This document shows, one piece after another, positions 37,086 through 39,017 of a stretch of 39,017 nt of DNA. The DNA lies in NCBI GenBank assembly GCA_902384455.1, contig CABMCB010000051.1, forward strand, positions 1 through 39,017, in the 5' to 3' direction. This DNA is from an uncultured archaeon. Lineage in GTDB: Archaea; Altiarchaeota; Altiarchaeia; IMC4; SCGC-AAA252-I15. The position numbers and the translations under genes are program-made. The number at the start of each line of letters is the position of its first letter. Positions within the stretch are counted from its first letter, which is position 1. The notes under the pieces were generated by a model. That model saw only the letters and a list, made by a program, of their open reading frames with translations. It was not told the DNA's origin and made no database searches.

Positions 37086-37715
37086 ATGGCCTTAAGAGCA
37101 CCGCAAAACAAGACTGCCACCGCGGTAGTTTTCGTTCTGGTCCTTCTTATTCTGGTTTTGCATTTGCGTTCTACTACGTCTGTCATCTGGTACGTAATTT
37201 TAGGTATGACTGCGATAGCGGTTTTGCTTTATGCTTTCCACGGGGAATTCGAGATTAAGGGAGTCTCCCCCAGTAGTAACCGCAAGTCGCCTGAAGAGGA
37301 AATAAGGAATCTCATACGCCACAGCCGAAACCTGATTCCACCCAAAAAGAAGAGGGAACTCATATTCAACCTGCTTAAACTCATCGAATCGCAGGAGTCC
37401 GTAAGCTTCAGCTACGCCGCAACGGCGCTGGGCATAAGCGAATACCTGCTTGAAGACTTCGTGGCAACGCTGGAAGACAAGAAAATAGTCACCCTCTACT
37501 TCACAAGCAAAGAAGACCCCATAATACGAAAAGGAGACGAAATAAGATTCAGAAACCTATACAACAGCCTAAACCCCCAAGCAAAAGAAAAAGAGGACCT
37601 CCCGATACTGACCGAAATCCAAGACCGGCTGAAGAAAGCGCGAAAAAGCAGGCAGGAAACAAAAATACCTTCAGAAGGAGAAACAACCACACCCACAACC
37701 AAAGGCATAAAGTAA
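37086..37715 (+). CDS. Membrane protein with two N-terminal TM helices and a wHTH-like cytoplasmic domain
   Basis: Two hydrophobic segments, then VSFSYAATALGISEYLLEDFVATLEDKKIV. Confidence 0.7.
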   Translation: MALRAPQNKTATAVVFVLVLLILVLHLRSTTSVIWYVILGMTAIAVLLYAFHGEFEIKGVSPSSNRKSPEEEIRNLIRHSRNLIPPKKKRELIFNLLKLIESQESVSFSYAATALGISEYLLEDFVATLEDKKIVTLYFTSKEDPIIRKGDEIRFRNLYNSLNPQAKEKEDLPILTEIQDRLKKARKSRQETKIPSEGETTTPTTKGIK

Positions 37716-37836
37716 ACTCCTCCCTCCGGCCAGATTAATGAGGCGCAAGACGGCCATTTTTAGGGCTGCACAATAAAAGCATACTCAATACCATCCGACA
37801 CAAGCTCGGCCTCGCATACGGTTGAATGTAAGCAAA

Positions 37837-39017
37837 ATGCGCCTCACTATCTTGCTCACAATTCTTTTTGTCTCAACGTATGCCGTTTCAGCTCAGCCTA
37901 TTTACACGTTCGACTTCAATTCCGGAACTCAAGGTTGGACGCACGGGTACTACAACAATCAGCCTGACGGCGGTGGAGGGGGCGATTCATGGGCCCTATC
38001 CAGCACATTATGCCGAACTGGGTTCCTCAACAACGCCTTTATGGCGCAGCAAGCGAACTGTGGAGTAAACCAAAGCAGTTACCTGCGCAGTCCAACATTG
38101 GACATAGCCGGCTACACCAAGCTTTCTCTCCAGTTCGACGTCTGGGTTAGAGACGAAGAATACTATCCGTTCAATCAAGGAGGATGCCCCGGCGAACCTG
38201 ATAAAAGAGACGAAAAAAACGTTGAAGTAAGCTTTGACGGCGGACAATCATACGTAAACCTCCAGTGCGGATTCGGATTCAGCGACACCCCCCAATACAT
38301 AACACTGACCTTTGACTTATCCCCATACCTCCCAGCGCAAAACATCATAGTCAGATACCGCTACGAAACCAAAGACGCCGACTACAACTTCATAAGCAAC
38401 CCCCTATACGGAGGAGACGACGGATTCGCCATAGACAACGTCAAAATAATAAACACCGGCTCACACACAACAACCACGACCACAACCACCACAACAACAT
38501 CCACCACAATCACCACAACCACAACAACCACAATCACAACCACCACAACAACATCCACCACAATCACCACAACCACAACACCAACGTCCACCACCACAAC
38601 CACCACGACCACAATAATACCCGGCTGCCCCCCAGACGGAGCAGACCAAAAACAACTATACGCAACACTAAACAACACAAACCCCGAACCTCAAAGAGCC
38701 CAAACATTCACCCCCTCCACACCAAACCTCATAGCAGTAAAACTATCCGTCTACACCCAAGCGCCAGCACCAACAACAATCGACATACAAAACACCACAA
38801 ACGGACTACCCAACGGCGAAACACTAGCCACATCAACAACCAGAACCCAAACCCAACTACCAAACTACGACGTATACACATACGAATTCAACACCCCCCC
38901 AACACTCACACCCGGCCAAACATACGCCATAATCACAGACGCAACAACCCCCCTATGGGGACACACCCTAAACGCCTACCTACAAGGCACCCACCTGCTA
39001 TACGCCGGAGGAACATG
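37837..39017 (+). CDS. Secreted adhesin-like protein, 3'-truncated: MAM/cleaved-adhesin-like jelly-roll domain, poly-Thr linker, second beta-sandwich domain
   Basis: Absent from the ORF track because it has no stop in the window. Frame +1 reads MRLTILLTILFVSTYAVSA-QPIYTFDFNSGTQGW...SYLRSPTLD...VEVSFDGG...FDLSPY...GFAIDNVKI, then a Thr tract, then AQTFTP...LTPGQTYAI. Confidence 0.85.
   Translation, partial: MRLTILLTILFVSTYAVSAQPIYTFDFNSGTQGWTHGYYNNQPDGGGGGDSWALSSTLCRTGFLNNAFMAQQANCGVNQSSYLRSPTLDIAGYTKLSLQFDVWVRDEEYYPFNQGGCPGEPDKRDEKNVEVSFDGGQSYVNLQCGFGFSDTPQYITLTFDLSPYLPAQNIIVRYRYETKDADYNFISNPLYGGDDGFAIDNVKIINTGSHTTTTTTTTTTTSTTITTTTTTTITTTTTTSTTITTTTTPTSTTTTTTTTIIPGCPPDGADQKQLYATLNNTNPEPQRAQTFTPSTPNLIAVKLSVYTQAPAPTTIDIQNTTNGLPNGETLATSTTRTQTQLPNYDVYTYEFNTPPTLTPGQTYAIITDATTPLWGHTLNAYLQGTHLLYAGGT
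38467..38613 (+). repeat. Poly-Thr coding low-complexity tract containing an exact 46-nt direct repeat
   Basis: A run of ACN codons. 38481-38526 is identical to 38535-38580 (54-nt period). Confidence 0.9.

Noticed and set aside
38382-38678. Minus-strand poly-Val and Cys/Gly-rich ORFs as a membrane peptide or metallothionein
   Set aside because: They are antisense readings of the poly-Thr tract in the plus-strand gene.

Overview
Archaeal genomic window (TFB, Gar1, Hjc, CTP-dependent riboflavin kinase, archaeal-type ArgS, TATA/BRE-type promoters). Poly-Thr-linked surface proteins, a DUF835-like domain and retained NadA/CoaC fit an Altiarchaeota/DPANN-related lineage, but that assignment is weak inference. 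There are three blocks. (1) 1-21.9 kb is an apparently co-regulated cell-surface locus. It encodes a giant repeat glycoprotein, an HExxH membrane peptidase, two MinD ATPases flanking a large membrane-anchored Ig-like protein, three Ig-like membrane proteins (one DUF916/DUF3324-like), two divergently transcribed secreted paralogs that resemble donor-strand-exchange (TasA/WxL-like) filament subunits, a wHTH regulator, and MoxR-KaiC-like-KaiC-like-MoxR-DUF58-vWA. This is the best candidate for an undescribed system: a non-type-IV archaeal filament/appendage assembly locus. (2) 22-29.9 kb holds housekeeping genes. (3) 30-39 kb is a second MoxR module (SNAP-like TPR/Ig/DUF835 protein, MoxR, FG-GAP propeller membrane protein, membrane wHTH protein) followed by a truncated adhesin-like gene missing from the ORF track. 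Throughout the window, A/C-rich and G/T-rich patches alternate independently of gene strand and gene boundaries. No tRNA, rRNA, CRISPR array or mobile element was recognised. All domain calls come from motif recognition by eye; no database search was run.
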